Source of the DNA: Candidatus Woesebacteria bacterium RBG_16_42_24
GTDB taxonomy: Bacteria > Patescibacteriota > Microgenomatia > UBA8517
Direction: 5' to 3'
Length of the DNA: 64,000 bases
Assembly (NCBI GenBank): GCA_001792115.1
Contig: MGFX01000006.1
Coordinates: forward strand, 18,537 to 82,536
Both the position numbers and the translations under genes were made by a program. Positions 29,467-38,254 of the stretch are shown one piece after another (the first letter of the stretch is position 1; every line of letters begins with the position of its first letter). Under the pieces are notes generated by a model. It ran no database searches, was not told the DNA's origin, and saw only the letters and a list, made by a program, of their open reading frames with translations.

Positions 29467-29707
29467 AATAATTTTGGAAGTAATTTAGCGTACGCTTTTT
29501 TAAATTTACCCTTTTACCCCTCTTTATTTCTTCAAAAAGAGATTTCATTTTGGAAATACCCAAAACTTTCTCGGCTTCCATAACGTCACCCCAGTCGCCA
29601 TAGGACAGAATGTGTTCCAGGGCGCTTTTGTCAGATAAAGCCTTTTTGTCCTTGATATACCAGGCTAAATATGGCTTCCCCTCTAATATTTTTTGAAGCA
29701 TACTCAT
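29450..29707 (-). CDS. small partner protein of nucleotidyltransferase module 2
   Basis: 85 aa; overlaps the downstream nucleotidyltransferase by 17 nt; ILSYGDWGDV...LNYFQNYF matches the module-3 small protein VLNLGDREAV...LNFWQKIL. Confidence 0.45.
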   Translation of the reverse strand: MSMLQKILEGKPYLAWYIKDKKALSDKSALEHILSYGDWGDVMEAEKVLGISKMKSLFEEIKRGKRVNLKKRTLNYFQNYFAKYA

Positions 29708-29762
29708 ATATTATATCAACTAAGTGGGAAGCAAGCTTAAAGCGTAAGTGCCGAAAGCGATT

Positions 29763-29809
29763 ACAATGCTTTGGTTGTGGTTTGTCAGCTTGGGTCTTTC
29801 TCAGAGAAA
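29763..29809. repeat. att-like sequence, copy 3 (between divergent modules 2 and 3)
   Basis: acaatgctttggttgtggtttgtcagcttgggtctttctcagagaaa. Confidence 0.75.
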
Positions 29810-29832
29810 TGATTTAAGGTAAAATATGGTAT

Positions 29833-30123
29833 ATGAGCGTGCCTAAATTCTTACAACCCTATTTAGCTTCGTATGATTTGTCAAAGTTAGACAAAGATAG
29901 TAAGGCCGTGCGGGAAGAGATTATTACCCAGGTTCTTAATTTGGGTGACAGGGAAGCTGTCGGGTGGGTTTTTGATAATTATAATATGGACCAGGTTAGA
30001 GATGTTCTGAAAAAGCCAAAACGTGGTTTATGGTTTGAAGAATCTCTTAATTTTTGGCAAAAAATACTTGGCATTGAAGCCAAAGATTCACTAAATAAAG
30101 ATGCCATATTTACAAATCCTTAA
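29833..30123 (+). CDS. small partner protein of nucleotidyltransferase module 3
   Basis: 96 aa; overlaps the downstream nucleotidyltransferase by 23 nt. Confidence 0.45.
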   Translation: MSVPKFLQPYLASYDLSKLDKDSKAVREEIITQVLNLGDREAVGWVFDNYNMDQVRDVLKKPKRGLWFEESLNFWQKILGIEAKDSLNKDAIFTNP

Positions 30124-30739
30124 TGATAGGCAGTTGGACTTGATTAAGGGTCTGGACTTCCTTGGCGGAGAAGTTTACTTGGCGGGGGGCACCGGTTTGG
30201 CTCTACAGCTTGGTCATAGAACGTCGCTTGATTTTGATTTCTACTCCAAAATTCGTTTTGATCCTCAACTGCTGGCTGCTTCGTTTCAGGAAAAGTCTAA
30301 AGACTTAAAAATTAATAGTATTGTCAAAGATACGCTTATTCTTACCGTCGATGGTGTAAGTTTTTCTCTTTTTTATTACCCTTATAAGATGATAGGAAAG
30401 AAGGTTAAAGTGGAGAGTATAAATGTGGCTTCTATTCAGGATATTGCCGCAATGAAGCTGGTTGCGGTTGCCATGAGGGGAAAAAGAAGAGATTTTATTG
30501 ACATTTATTATCTATTGAAAAAATATTCTCTTAAAGACCTTTTGGGTTTTGTAAAGACAAAATATCCTTCGTTTGAAGAGATGATGGTTCTTAAGGGACT
30601 GATTTATTTTGAAGATGCAGAAGACGAAGACCTGGCGAGGGGGATAAAAGTTCTTGCTAAACACTTTTCCTGGGAAGACGCCAAGAAAAAAATTCTTCAA
30701 GAAGTTAAGCGCTACCAGCTTGCGATAATTAGAAAGTGA
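30101..30739 (+). CDS. minimal nucleotidyltransferase, AbiEii/DUF1814-like, module 3
   Basis: GGTGLALQLGHRTSLDFDF. Confidence 0.6.
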   Translation: MPYLQILNDRQLDLIKGLDFLGGEVYLAGGTGLALQLGHRTSLDFDFYSKIRFDPQLLAASFQEKSKDLKINSIVKDTLILTVDGVSFSLFYYPYKMIGKKVKVESINVASIQDIAAMKLVAVAMRGKRRDFIDIYYLLKKYSLKDLLGFVKTKYPSFEEMMVLKGLIYFEDAEDEDLARGIKVLAKHFSWEDAKKKILQEVKRYQLAIIRK

Positions 30740-30769
30740 TGGTTTTTTGACTGAACCTACTTTATCTAT

Positions 30770-30817
30770 ACGATGCTTTGGCTGTGGTTTACCATGCTTG
30801 GGGTTAGCTCAGGGTGG
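30770..30817. repeat. att-like sequence, copy 4
   Basis: acgatgctttggctgtggtttaccatgcttggggttagctcagggtgg. Confidence 0.75.
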
Positions 30818-30876
30818 AGTCAAACGCGAGTGAACAGTATAAGTATGGTATGTTTTTAGGAACTACGGTTAATATT

Positions 30877-31557
30877 TTATTCGCTGGGGAAATAGACTAT
30901 TTCTACGTTTGTTTTTTCACCATTTTTGGGAAGGAGATTCTGGCTGAAAACTATTTTTACGGTGCTATTGGGTTTTAAGTTCTCGAATTCGAAAGTTTTT
31001 AATTCTCCCCCTACGGTTGAGTAGATAGTCATTTTTTCTAGCTCTTCTTGTAAAAATGGGACCGCCTGCTCTTGTCCGGATGAGCTTACTAAAATTAACC
31101 CATTTGGGTAGGTGACATTACCAATTACAATTGGGACGGACAAGACTTCCTTTATTTTTCCCGTAAGCGTATAGTCAATCGATGCACTTTCGAGAAATTC
31201 TCCTTTGGATTGAAATAGATCCAGGTAACCAACGAGATATAAAGCCCCATCCTTGTCGAAAGTTGCTTGTCCCGAAAGACCAGTAGGCGTAATGGAAGAA
31301 ATCTTCCTGGGTGTTTCCGAGGTATTTGGTGTAGAAGGTTCTTGTGAGCGCCCCTTATAAAGCGCTATCCCTCCCCAGGAAAGAGCAGCAACTATAGCAA
31401 GCACGAGAATCCCAGTTATGATATACAGTCGATATCTATTTTTGAACTCTGCGTCGGACGTAAAAACTTTCGGCTCTGTTTCTGAAAGATTTGTATCCTG
31501 GCCTAGAGAGTTGTCGTTCACAATTTGAGTATAAACGATAATTTCAAGAGAGGACAA
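30877..31557 (-). CDS. hypothetical single-pass membrane protein
   Basis: Transmembrane helix YIITGILVLAIVAALSWGGIAL. Confidence 0.45.
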   Translation of the reverse strand: MSSLEIIVYTQIVNDNSLGQDTNLSETEPKVFTSDAEFKNRYRLYIITGILVLAIVAALSWGGIALYKGRSQEPSTPNTSETPRKISSITPTGLSGQATFDKDGALYLVGYLDLFQSKGEFLESASIDYTLTGKIKEVLSVPIVIGNVTYPNGLILVSSSGQEQAVPFLQEELEKMTIYSTVGGELKTFEFENLKPNSTVKIVFSQNLLPKNGEKTNVEIVYFPSE

Positions 31558-31618
31558 GAGATAAAGAAAGGGGTGAAGATTTCTCTTTCTATAAAATGGC
31601 TTATATTATTAAGGTAAG

Positions 31619-32746
31619 GTGTTGAAGATGTTAGGAAGCAATATAATAGATGTAATTATTATCTTTTTTTTGGGGACGCTTCTTTTTTTGGGTGGCCTGG
31701 GGATTGATACAAGTTCGGTGCAAATTCTGGGGATAAGCGTTGGTATTTTGCTATTGGTTTTGATCAGGTTTTGGAAAAAAAAGCTTGATATCCCCGAAGG
31801 CTTCTGGATTTATATCTTCTTTTTGGCAATACTCGCATTAAGTACTTTCTGGAGCGTTAATCTGGAAAGAACTCTTAAGTATTCTGCGTCATTTTTCACA
31901 GGCGGGCTTTTTTGGCTAATTTTTTTTAATATACAAGATCACATTAGAACCAGATTCGGGCACCTTTTAATTCTCTTGAGCTGCCTTTTTGGAGGATTTC
32001 TTATATTCCATTTGATTTCGGGGACCTTAGATCCAAACCCTTGGAGTATTTATTCTTGGACTACGCCAGAAAAAACACACAACCATATCGGTGATCTGTG
32101 GGCATTAGTTGGAATATTGGTTTTTTACCGATGGAGTCTAAAGCGCCCCCTAATTGATACTATATTTCTTGGCTTGACGGTTTTCTTTCTGGCTCTTTCA
32201 CAATCCCGCTCGGCTTATCTTGCGTTAGCAGTAGGGATAGGATTTATGGTCTTGAAACAAGGTTGGAATAAGACAAATAAGAGTATTATTATCACCCTAA
32301 CCATTCTGGTTGTAACCCTCTTTCTTTATTCCGGATTAACCAGGACAACTTTATTTTCAAGACCCTATTTCCTGGTTGGAACGCTCGGCCTAATTACCAG
32401 TCCATTCGGGGTCGGCCTGGGCAATTTTGGCGAGATCTCTAGTAGGGTTAGGGCGAGTTTTCCTTGGACAGCTAACTACATCACTTCATTTGCCCACAAT
32501 ATTTTATTAGAAGTATCTGCTGGAATTGGAATTTTAGGATTGGTTTTTATAACTTGGCTTTTAAGGATATCCAATTACCTTTTCGAAAACAAAGAAAATC
32601 TTCTATTTAAAGCATTATTTTTTGCACTACTTACCAATTTTATGTTCGATACTACTTATTTGATTCCTTCGATGGTGTGGTTATGGTTTGCGAGTTTGGG
32701 GTTGGCGCAAAATGAAAGAAGCAACAATAAATTATTCAATGAGTAA
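31619..32746 (+). CDS. O-antigen ligase family membrane protein (paralog of 26656-27804)
   Basis: Same architecture and C-terminal PSMVWLWFASLGLAQ as the paralog's PTMLWLWFTMLGLAQ. Confidence 0.65.
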   Translation: MLKMLGSNIIDVIIIFFLGTLLFLGGLGIDTSSVQILGISVGILLLVLIRFWKKKLDIPEGFWIYIFFLAILALSTFWSVNLERTLKYSASFFTGGLFWLIFFNIQDHIRTRFGHLLILLSCLFGGFLIFHLISGTLDPNPWSIYSWTTPEKTHNHIGDLWALVGILVFYRWSLKRPLIDTIFLGLTVFFLALSQSRSAYLALAVGIGFMVLKQGWNKTNKSIIITLTILVVTLFLYSGLTRTTLFSRPYFLVGTLGLITSPFGVGLGNFGEISSRVRASFPWTANYITSFAHNILLEVSAGIGILGLVFITWLLRISNYLFENKENLLFKALFFALLTNFMFDTTYLIPSMVWLWFASLGLAQNERSNNKLFNE

Positions 32747-32783
32747 TTTCGCAATGCAGATTATAGGGGGATTTTCCTGCGAT

Positions 32784-33545
32784 TTAGGAACGAGCTAAAC
32801 CCAAAAATCGTAGCTCATAAGAAGAATGTGGAGCCCTATCTTTAAGTGAGATCGGTGATCTTTCAGATTTCTCTCCAGCCTTAAGGGGGTTAAATTCATC
32901 AGAATTGGTGTAAATACTTTGCACTACCTGTCTTTCCTGGTTAAGCAGATTGATTTGGGCTTGGACAATCAGTTTTCCCTTCAAATCTTGAGTTGCTTCA
33001 TAGGTAAGCGATAGAATGCCCGTTTCACTAACATACTTTGGTGTTACCTGAAATTCGTTAGACGGGGAATAACCCAGATTTTGCAGATAATTATGGTCAA
33101 GTATGGAAACCCAGGCTTCCTGTTTTCCTCCTAGAAATGGAGGATAAAAAACAACGATATCCGAATTAGCAGGCACCATGGCCATCTGTTTAAATCGATC
33201 CATATGATTTTGAGCATTAGCGGGTTCTTCCACCCGAATATTAACTACCTTCCCATTCTCATCTCTTTCAGGTAGTTCCAGTCTGAATGCTATTGCGCTA
33301 GAGTTTGGATTAAAAATTCGCCAGTATGGCCAAGGATTTTTCTCAGGATGTGTTTCCGAGCGGCTTTCTCCTGCTAATTCTATTGATAAAGGAAGGTCCG
33401 TCTTTTTCTCGAGAGCTTCGAACGAAACCAACCTCCCGACTCTTGCGATCACTCCTCCCCACATTAACCCTGAAACGGATAAACCGCCAATTTTCAAAAC
33501 ATCCCTTCTGCTAAGCACAGATTTAGATTTTCTTTCTGTATTCAT
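32784..33545 (-). CDS. hypothetical secreted protein with a twin-arginine (Tat) signal
   Basis: SRRDVLKIGGLSVSGL near the N-terminus. Confidence 0.5.
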   Translation of the reverse strand: MNTERKSKSVLSRRDVLKIGGLSVSGLMWGGVIARVGRLVSFEALEKKTDLPLSIELAGESRSETHPEKNPWPYWRIFNPNSSAIAFRLELPERDENGKVVNIRVEEPANAQNHMDRFKQMAMVPANSDIVVFYPPFLGGKQEAWVSILDHNYLQNLGYSPSNEFQVTPKYVSETGILSLTYEATQDLKGKLIVQAQINLLNQERQVVQSIYTNSDEFNPLKAGEKSERSPISLKDRAPHSSYELRFLGLARS

Positions 33546-33718
33546 ATATCCTATTTTTCGACTTAAGGGGATTATAACATATAAAGAAAAAATTACGAAT
33601 TCTGAGTTAACTTAGAGAATAATTTAAGATAATATGTAAGATTACCGATAATTAGATTATCGAAACTTTTCCCACCAAGACCAAGAGGTAGTAGTTCCCA
33701 AAAAACATAACCTGTAGT

Positions 33719-34549
33719 TTGAAGGAAATTGAAGGTGGTGATATAATTCTTCAAATGGCAAAAGAGCTCACAGGAAGAGAGTTTCTGGGAGCCGTTGCAT
33801 TAGGGGTAGGCGGGCTCGTTCTTTCTGGTTGTACAGGAGTTCCGGTCACAGAGGCTGTTCCTTCTTCTACTCCAAAACCTACAAACACAGAGACCAAGGT
33901 TCCACCAACTTCTACAGGTATTCCTACCGCTACCCCAACCCCAACTCCCACCCCGACAGAAATCCCGACCCCCACCGAAGTCCCAATGTATACGGGCGAG
34001 TTCCCCGACACGAGTGAGTATTACAGGCGAATGGGAGCTTTGGAACAGCACTTTTTAGAGTTCACGGAAGTAAGGACACTTGAGGATATGAAACTACTAC
34101 AGCTTTTTTTTGGGGCGCCGCTGAGCCTTGTACAAGTATCAAACGACCCCGATACGGGAATAACGCAGTTTGTTTGGGGATTTAGCGTAAGGGGAAACGA
34201 TTACCGTTTTAGAACCTATGCCTTGCCCTACTGTGAGTTCAAAATGGCAGATATCGATCACTACGTTCCCGGGGGCGGCGACTTAGTAGGCAATCCCACC
34301 ATAGGGCAATACCGCAATCCGGTATTCCTAGCAGTGCAAGAGCCTCTAAGTGAAGCTTGGATAGAATTTACAGGAGGGTATTTTCCAGCCTGTAGCGACG
34401 TTATGGGAGATTTATTACCCCAGGATAAGGACCGTCTAGGACAATTCTTTTTTAATGGAAATACAGAAGGTTTTGAGATTGACGAAAAGGGCATATTGGA
34501 CCTAAGAAGAGTACTTATTACAACTAATGTGCTGGTAGCGAACGAATAA
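33719..34549 (+). CDS. lipoprotein with a Pro/Thr-rich linker, unknown function
   Basis: Lipobox LSGC; TPTPTPTPTEIPTPTEVP linker; paralog of 34600-35271 (DYRFRTYALPYCEF / FFNGNTEGFEIDEKGILDLR). Confidence 0.5.
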   Translation: MKEIEGGDIILQMAKELTGREFLGAVALGVGGLVLSGCTGVPVTEAVPSSTPKPTNTETKVPPTSTGIPTATPTPTPTPTEIPTPTEVPMYTGEFPDTSEYYRRMGALEQHFLEFTEVRTLEDMKLLQLFFGAPLSLVQVSNDPDTGITQFVWGFSVRGNDYRFRTYALPYCEFKMADIDHYVPGGGDLVGNPTIGQYRNPVFLAVQEPLSEAWIEFTGGYFPACSDVMGDLLPQDKDRLGQFFFNGNTEGFEIDEKGILDLRRVLITTNVLVANE

Positions 34550-34599
34550 CTATTGCCGGCCAAGCGCTTCGCTTGACACAGTGACCTTTTTTTGGTGGA

Positions 34600-35271
34600 A
34601 TGGAAGCGGGAGAGATAGTGACGAAAAGGATTTTTTTATTGTTTCTTGTAGTCGCGGTTTTAGCTCTTGCATTAGTTGCCGGGCTCTATGTTGGAAAAAG
34701 AACCACAAATAAGGTACCGGACTCCTCCGAGGAAAAAAATGAGCCAGTTCAGACGTGGGGAGAAGTTGAAATTCTTCCCGGGGGCAGAGACTTTGTAGAT
34801 TTGGAATTCTTTCAGCTATTTAGATCCTCCTCGGTTTTGTCGAGTTTAACCCACGACGCTGATATTCCCCAAGTAACCGAAATGGTGTGGCAATTTGATT
34901 TAGATGGAAAAGATTACAGTTTTAGGACATTGGGCGTACCCTGTGAGTTCCAGAGAGTGAACGATGGCAACTACTCCAAACTTGGTGCTGGCCTAGATAA
35001 ATTAACGACGGGAAAAACCTACAGATTGATGTTTGCCGGGCTAGAAAGCCCTTTAAAACGCTCTATGCTCGATAAACTGGATAAATACAACGATTTACTT
35101 CCCGGCTGCAGGGAGGTATGGGGTAGCCTGCGGGCAGATTCCCAGGACCCGGAACGCCTAAGGCGTTTTTTTACAAGCGGGCAAATAGAAGGCTTTGAAA
35201 TTGACGAAAATGGAGTTTTAGACCTGAGAAAAATAATTACCTTGATAGAATGGCGGAGCCTTAATGATTAA
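34600..35271 (+). CDS. membrane-anchored secreted protein, paralog of 33719-34549
   Basis: DYSFRTLGVPCEF and FFTSGQIEGFEIDENGVLDLRK blocks shared with the upstream gene. Confidence 0.5.
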   Translation: MEAGEIVTKRIFLLFLVVAVLALALVAGLYVGKRTTNKVPDSSEEKNEPVQTWGEVEILPGGRDFVDLEFFQLFRSSSVLSSLTHDADIPQVTEMVWQFDLDGKDYSFRTLGVPCEFQRVNDGNYSKLGAGLDKLTTGKTYRLMFAGLESPLKRSMLDKLDKYNDLLPGCREVWGSLRADSQDPERLRRFFTSGQIEGFEIDENGVLDLRKIITLIEWRSLND

Positions 35272-36889
35272 ATTAATTTATAAAAGCATACTGGGAATAA
35301 TGGCTTTTGTAATTCTAATATTTTTGTTTAATCAGACCGCACGGGCGGCGAATATTTGCGGTGATTATCTGACAATTGATGTTTTTGACTACGAATGGTG
35401 GGTTGGCCCGGGGAATTACCCATGGGGTGCCTGTCAAGACGTCCTCGTTTATTTTCCCACGGGAAGTCATGACGAGTCCTGCAGCCCAACAAACGGTGAT
35501 TGTAAAACCGATAGGGCTGTTTGTGCAGATGTAAGCCCTAGAAGGTGTACCCCTGGTGGCTACAACACATCCCCGTGTACATCTCTCGACAATGACTGGT
35601 GTGCATCTGCTATTGAAGAGGCACAATGTGAAGCGGGGACTCGCTATTTTTGTCAGGACAGCGATTCTACCTATATCGGTAGTGCCAGCTGTACTCCCCA
35701 AAGATATGATTGCTGGATTAATTGGGATCCTACTTCCACTCCCCCGGGTGGAGGTGGAACTGCAACTCCTATTCCCACTCCCTCGTGTACACTTTCCTTT
35801 AGCCCTTCTCCGGTTAATGTGACAATTGGTGATACTGCCAATGTAACTGCCAATGTAGTTCCATCAAACGGGACCGTGGACAGGGTGGATTTTGCAATAG
35901 CGAATCCGGCAATTGCTACGATTAATCCTAATACGGATAATATCTTCCCATATCGAACGGTGGTTAGGGGCGTGACACCAGGAAATACTGAATTAAGGGC
36001 AACTGCATATATGGGTGGGGTAGCAACCTGTGGGTATGGAACTCCGGTCGACCCTGCCGCCGACCCCGTCAACGTAACCAACCCCAACCCCTGGTGGCGA
36101 GTGTTCAATGGGGATGTAATTACCAATGCAAGCTTACGCTCTCTAATTCCCTCAACCTGCAGCTCCCCTGGTTGTAATCCTGCCTTTAGTCTTACCCCTC
36201 TCGGTGGCCAACCCGGACTTCCCTCATACGTAGGAGGTTTTGACTTTAGTGCGGGGATTGGAACGGGAACAGTATCCTCTACCGGCTGGATAGCGCAGGC
36301 CCGCTATGATGCCCAGAATCCATATAACTACGCCTTCTTTGAAAGGCAGGTTCCGGGGGACACGGTTAGAAACGTTATAGCAGACGTAAACAACCCGACC
36401 ACCCCCAATTATCTCAAAAACCAGGGTACCGACTCTCCCGATGGCTATAAATGGTACTTCAGGGAAGGGGATTTGACGATTGCACGCCCCGGGCCTCTTT
36501 TCAGGACAAAACTTAATAAAAGAAAGGTAGTTCTATTTGTTAGCGGAAACCTGACTATAAACGAATACATACAGTTAGATACGGGTGAAGGCTTTTTCAT
36601 GGCGATTGCGGGTGGGAATATTACGGTTAACTCCATTTCGGCACCCGCCAGTGATCCCGACATTGAAGGAATATATGTCACCGACGCTAACTTCATAAGT
36701 ACTGCTGATCCCGAGCAGCTCTCTGTCAGGGGAATGGTAGCAGCCTACGGCCAGGTTATCCTCGGGCGGGACTTGGCCGATGATTCACAAACCCCAGCCG
36801 AAACCTTTGAATATGCACCCGACCAGCTCCTTCTAATGCCTTTCTCTCTCAACCTCAAGCGCACCCGTTGGAAAGAAGTGGCGCCCTAA
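35264..36889 (+). CDS. secreted Cys-rich protein with a bacterial Ig-like (Big_2-type) domain
   Basis: Signal peptide; 20 or more Cys in the first ~170 aa; Big_2-like stretch VDFAIANPAIATINPNTDNIF...VTPGNTELRATAY. Confidence 0.5.
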   Translation: MIKLIYKSILGIMAFVILIFLFNQTARAANICGDYLTIDVFDYEWWVGPGNYPWGACQDVLVYFPTGSHDESCSPTNGDCKTDRAVCADVSPRRCTPGGYNTSPCTSLDNDWCASAIEEAQCEAGTRYFCQDSDSTYIGSASCTPQRYDCWINWDPTSTPPGGGGTATPIPTPSCTLSFSPSPVNVTIGDTANVTANVVPSNGTVDRVDFAIANPAIATINPNTDNIFPYRTVVRGVTPGNTELRATAYMGGVATCGYGTPVDPAADPVNVTNPNPWWRVFNGDVITNASLRSLIPSTCSSPGCNPAFSLTPLGGQPGLPSYVGGFDFSAGIGTGTVSSTGWIAQARYDAQNPYNYAFFERQVPGDTVRNVIADVNNPTTPNYLKNQGTDSPDGYKWYFREGDLTIARPGPLFRTKLNKRKVVLFVSGNLTINEYIQLDTGEGFFMAIAGGNITVNSISAPASDPDIEGIYVTDANFISTADPEQLSVRGMVAAYGQVILGRDLADDSQTPAETFEYAPDQLLLMPFSLNLKRTRWKEVAP

Positions 36890-36978
36890 GGAGAATTTCC
36901 ATTTTCCATTCGCCAATTACCAATTTCTAAGCTTGATTTCCTCATATGCTAGAATCACATAAGAATGATTGTTTATTT
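36864..36978. repeat. 115-bp direct repeat, copy 1: promoter with extended -10 (TGCTAGAAT), 5' UTR and ATG start
   Basis: About 95% identical to 37524-37638; spans ttgatttcctcatatgctagaatcacataagaATGattgtttattt. Confidence 0.85.
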
Positions 36979-37294
36979 GGAAAAACCCGCAACTTATGAT
37001 GAGATAAAAAGGGCGAGTGAAGAGTTTGGGACTTACATAAAAATTAGCGTTGATATTCTAAGAAAAGTAGCCGTAATAGGTGGAAAGCTCCACGCTGACG
37101 AGGAAAGACTTCTACTCGAAAAAGGATCAAAACAAGAAAATATTTGGGGAGGAGGATACGATATGAAATCTGGAAGAATTGACTCCCAGGCAGTAATTAA
37201 TATTAGACCAGGAAAGGGGAATGATAGTATGGAAATATTAGATCCCAATATTAGAAAAAACTTTTTGAGCCTTGCCAAAAAATTCCTGAAATGA
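36965..37294 (+). CDS. hypothetical protein
   Basis: 109 aa; first five codons (MIVYL) come from the duplicated block. Confidence 0.45.
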   Translation: MIVYLEKPATYDEIKRASEEFGTYIKISVDILRKVAVIGGKLHADEERLLLEKGSKQENIWGGGYDMKSGRIDSQAVINIRPGKGNDSMEILDPNIRKNFLSLAKKFLK

Positions 37295-37518
37295 CTAAAC
37301 AAGATAGATTAAATGCCGCCTCGGACCTTAAACGAATCGCTTATTGGTTGGCGGTGGGGGATAGAACCAAGGCCCGTTTAATGAACCAAATTTGGAAAAA
37401 GGATTATCGAAAATTTACTTCTATTAAAAACCCAGAGAAAGCCCTTAATAACAAAGTTAAACGACTGTCACTTGCAGAGGAACTTCTGTTTACAAGCCTG
37501 AAACTTCAGTATCAATAA
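37291..37518 (+). CDS. hypothetical small protein
   Basis: ATGA overlap with the upstream gene; 75 aa. Confidence 0.35.
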   Translation: MTKQDRLNAASDLKRIAYWLAVGDRTKARLMNQIWKKDYRKFTSIKNPEKALNNKVKRLSLAEELLFTSLKLQYQ

Positions 37519-37523
37519 TAAGT

Positions 37524-37638
37524 CCCGCTGGAAAGAAGTGGCCCCCTAAAGAGAATTTCCAATTTCCAATCGCCAATTACCAATTTCTAAGCTTGATTTC
37601 CTCATATGCTAGAATCACATAAGAATGATTGTTTATTT
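37524..37638. repeat. 115-bp direct repeat, copy 2 (promoter/5' UTR/start of the histidine phosphatase gene)
   Basis: See copy 1. Confidence 0.85.
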
Positions 37639-38248
37639 TGTTCGCCATGGGGAGTCGCAGGCTAGTGCGGCAGATATTTTTCAAAAAGACGACGACCCTC
37701 TTTCGGAAAGAGGGAAAGAGCAAGTAGAGATACTATCCGAAAAACTAAAATCGTTTTCAATCGGAAGTATCTTTTCAAGCCCCCTTATAAGAGCGAAAGA
37801 ATCGGCCGAGATTGTATCAAAAAATCTTGGGAAACCTTTTGAAATTTGGAACGAGCTTACAGAAACCCGTAACCCCAGTGAAATAATGGGAAAGCCGATG
37901 GATGATGCCGAAGTAAGAAAAGTAAGAGCCCTGATTAAAGAAAACTATCATAAAGGAAATTGGAAATATTCGGATGAAGAAACTTTTGAGGAGTTAAGAA
38001 AAAGGGGAAAGGAAGCAATCGAGAATCTCTTAAAAAAGGATGAGGAAGAACCCGTCCTTTGTATTTCTCATGCAGGGATAATAAAAATGATTTTGTCTTT
38101 AATGATTTTCCCAGACAGCTTGACCGCACCATTGTATTGGAATTTTAAGTATCATCTGGCTTCCGAATATACAGGGATAACTACTTGTAAATATTCCGAA
38201 AGCCGTGGCTGGTGGGTAATTACCTGGAACGACACAACCCACCTTTAG
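37625..38248 (+). CDS. histidine phosphatase family (phosphoglycerate-mutase-like) protein
   Basis: N-terminal VRHGESQA (RHG catalytic motif). Confidence 0.7.
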   Translation: MIVYFVRHGESQASAADIFQKDDDPLSERGKEQVEILSEKLKSFSIGSIFSSPLIRAKESAEIVSKNLGKPFEIWNELTETRNPSEIMGKPMDDAEVRKVRALIKENYHKGNWKYSDEETFEELRKRGKEAIENLLKKDEEEPVLCISHAGIIKMILSLMIFPDSLTAPLYWNFKYHLASEYTGITTCKYSESRGWWVITWNDTTHL

Positions 38249-38254
38249 GCGAGG

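Noticed and set aside
33751-34051. Minus-strand and alternate-frame ORFs rich in G/V/R across the Pro/Thr-rich linker of the lipoprotein gene
   Set aside because: These are repeat-driven artefact frames inside a supported CDS.
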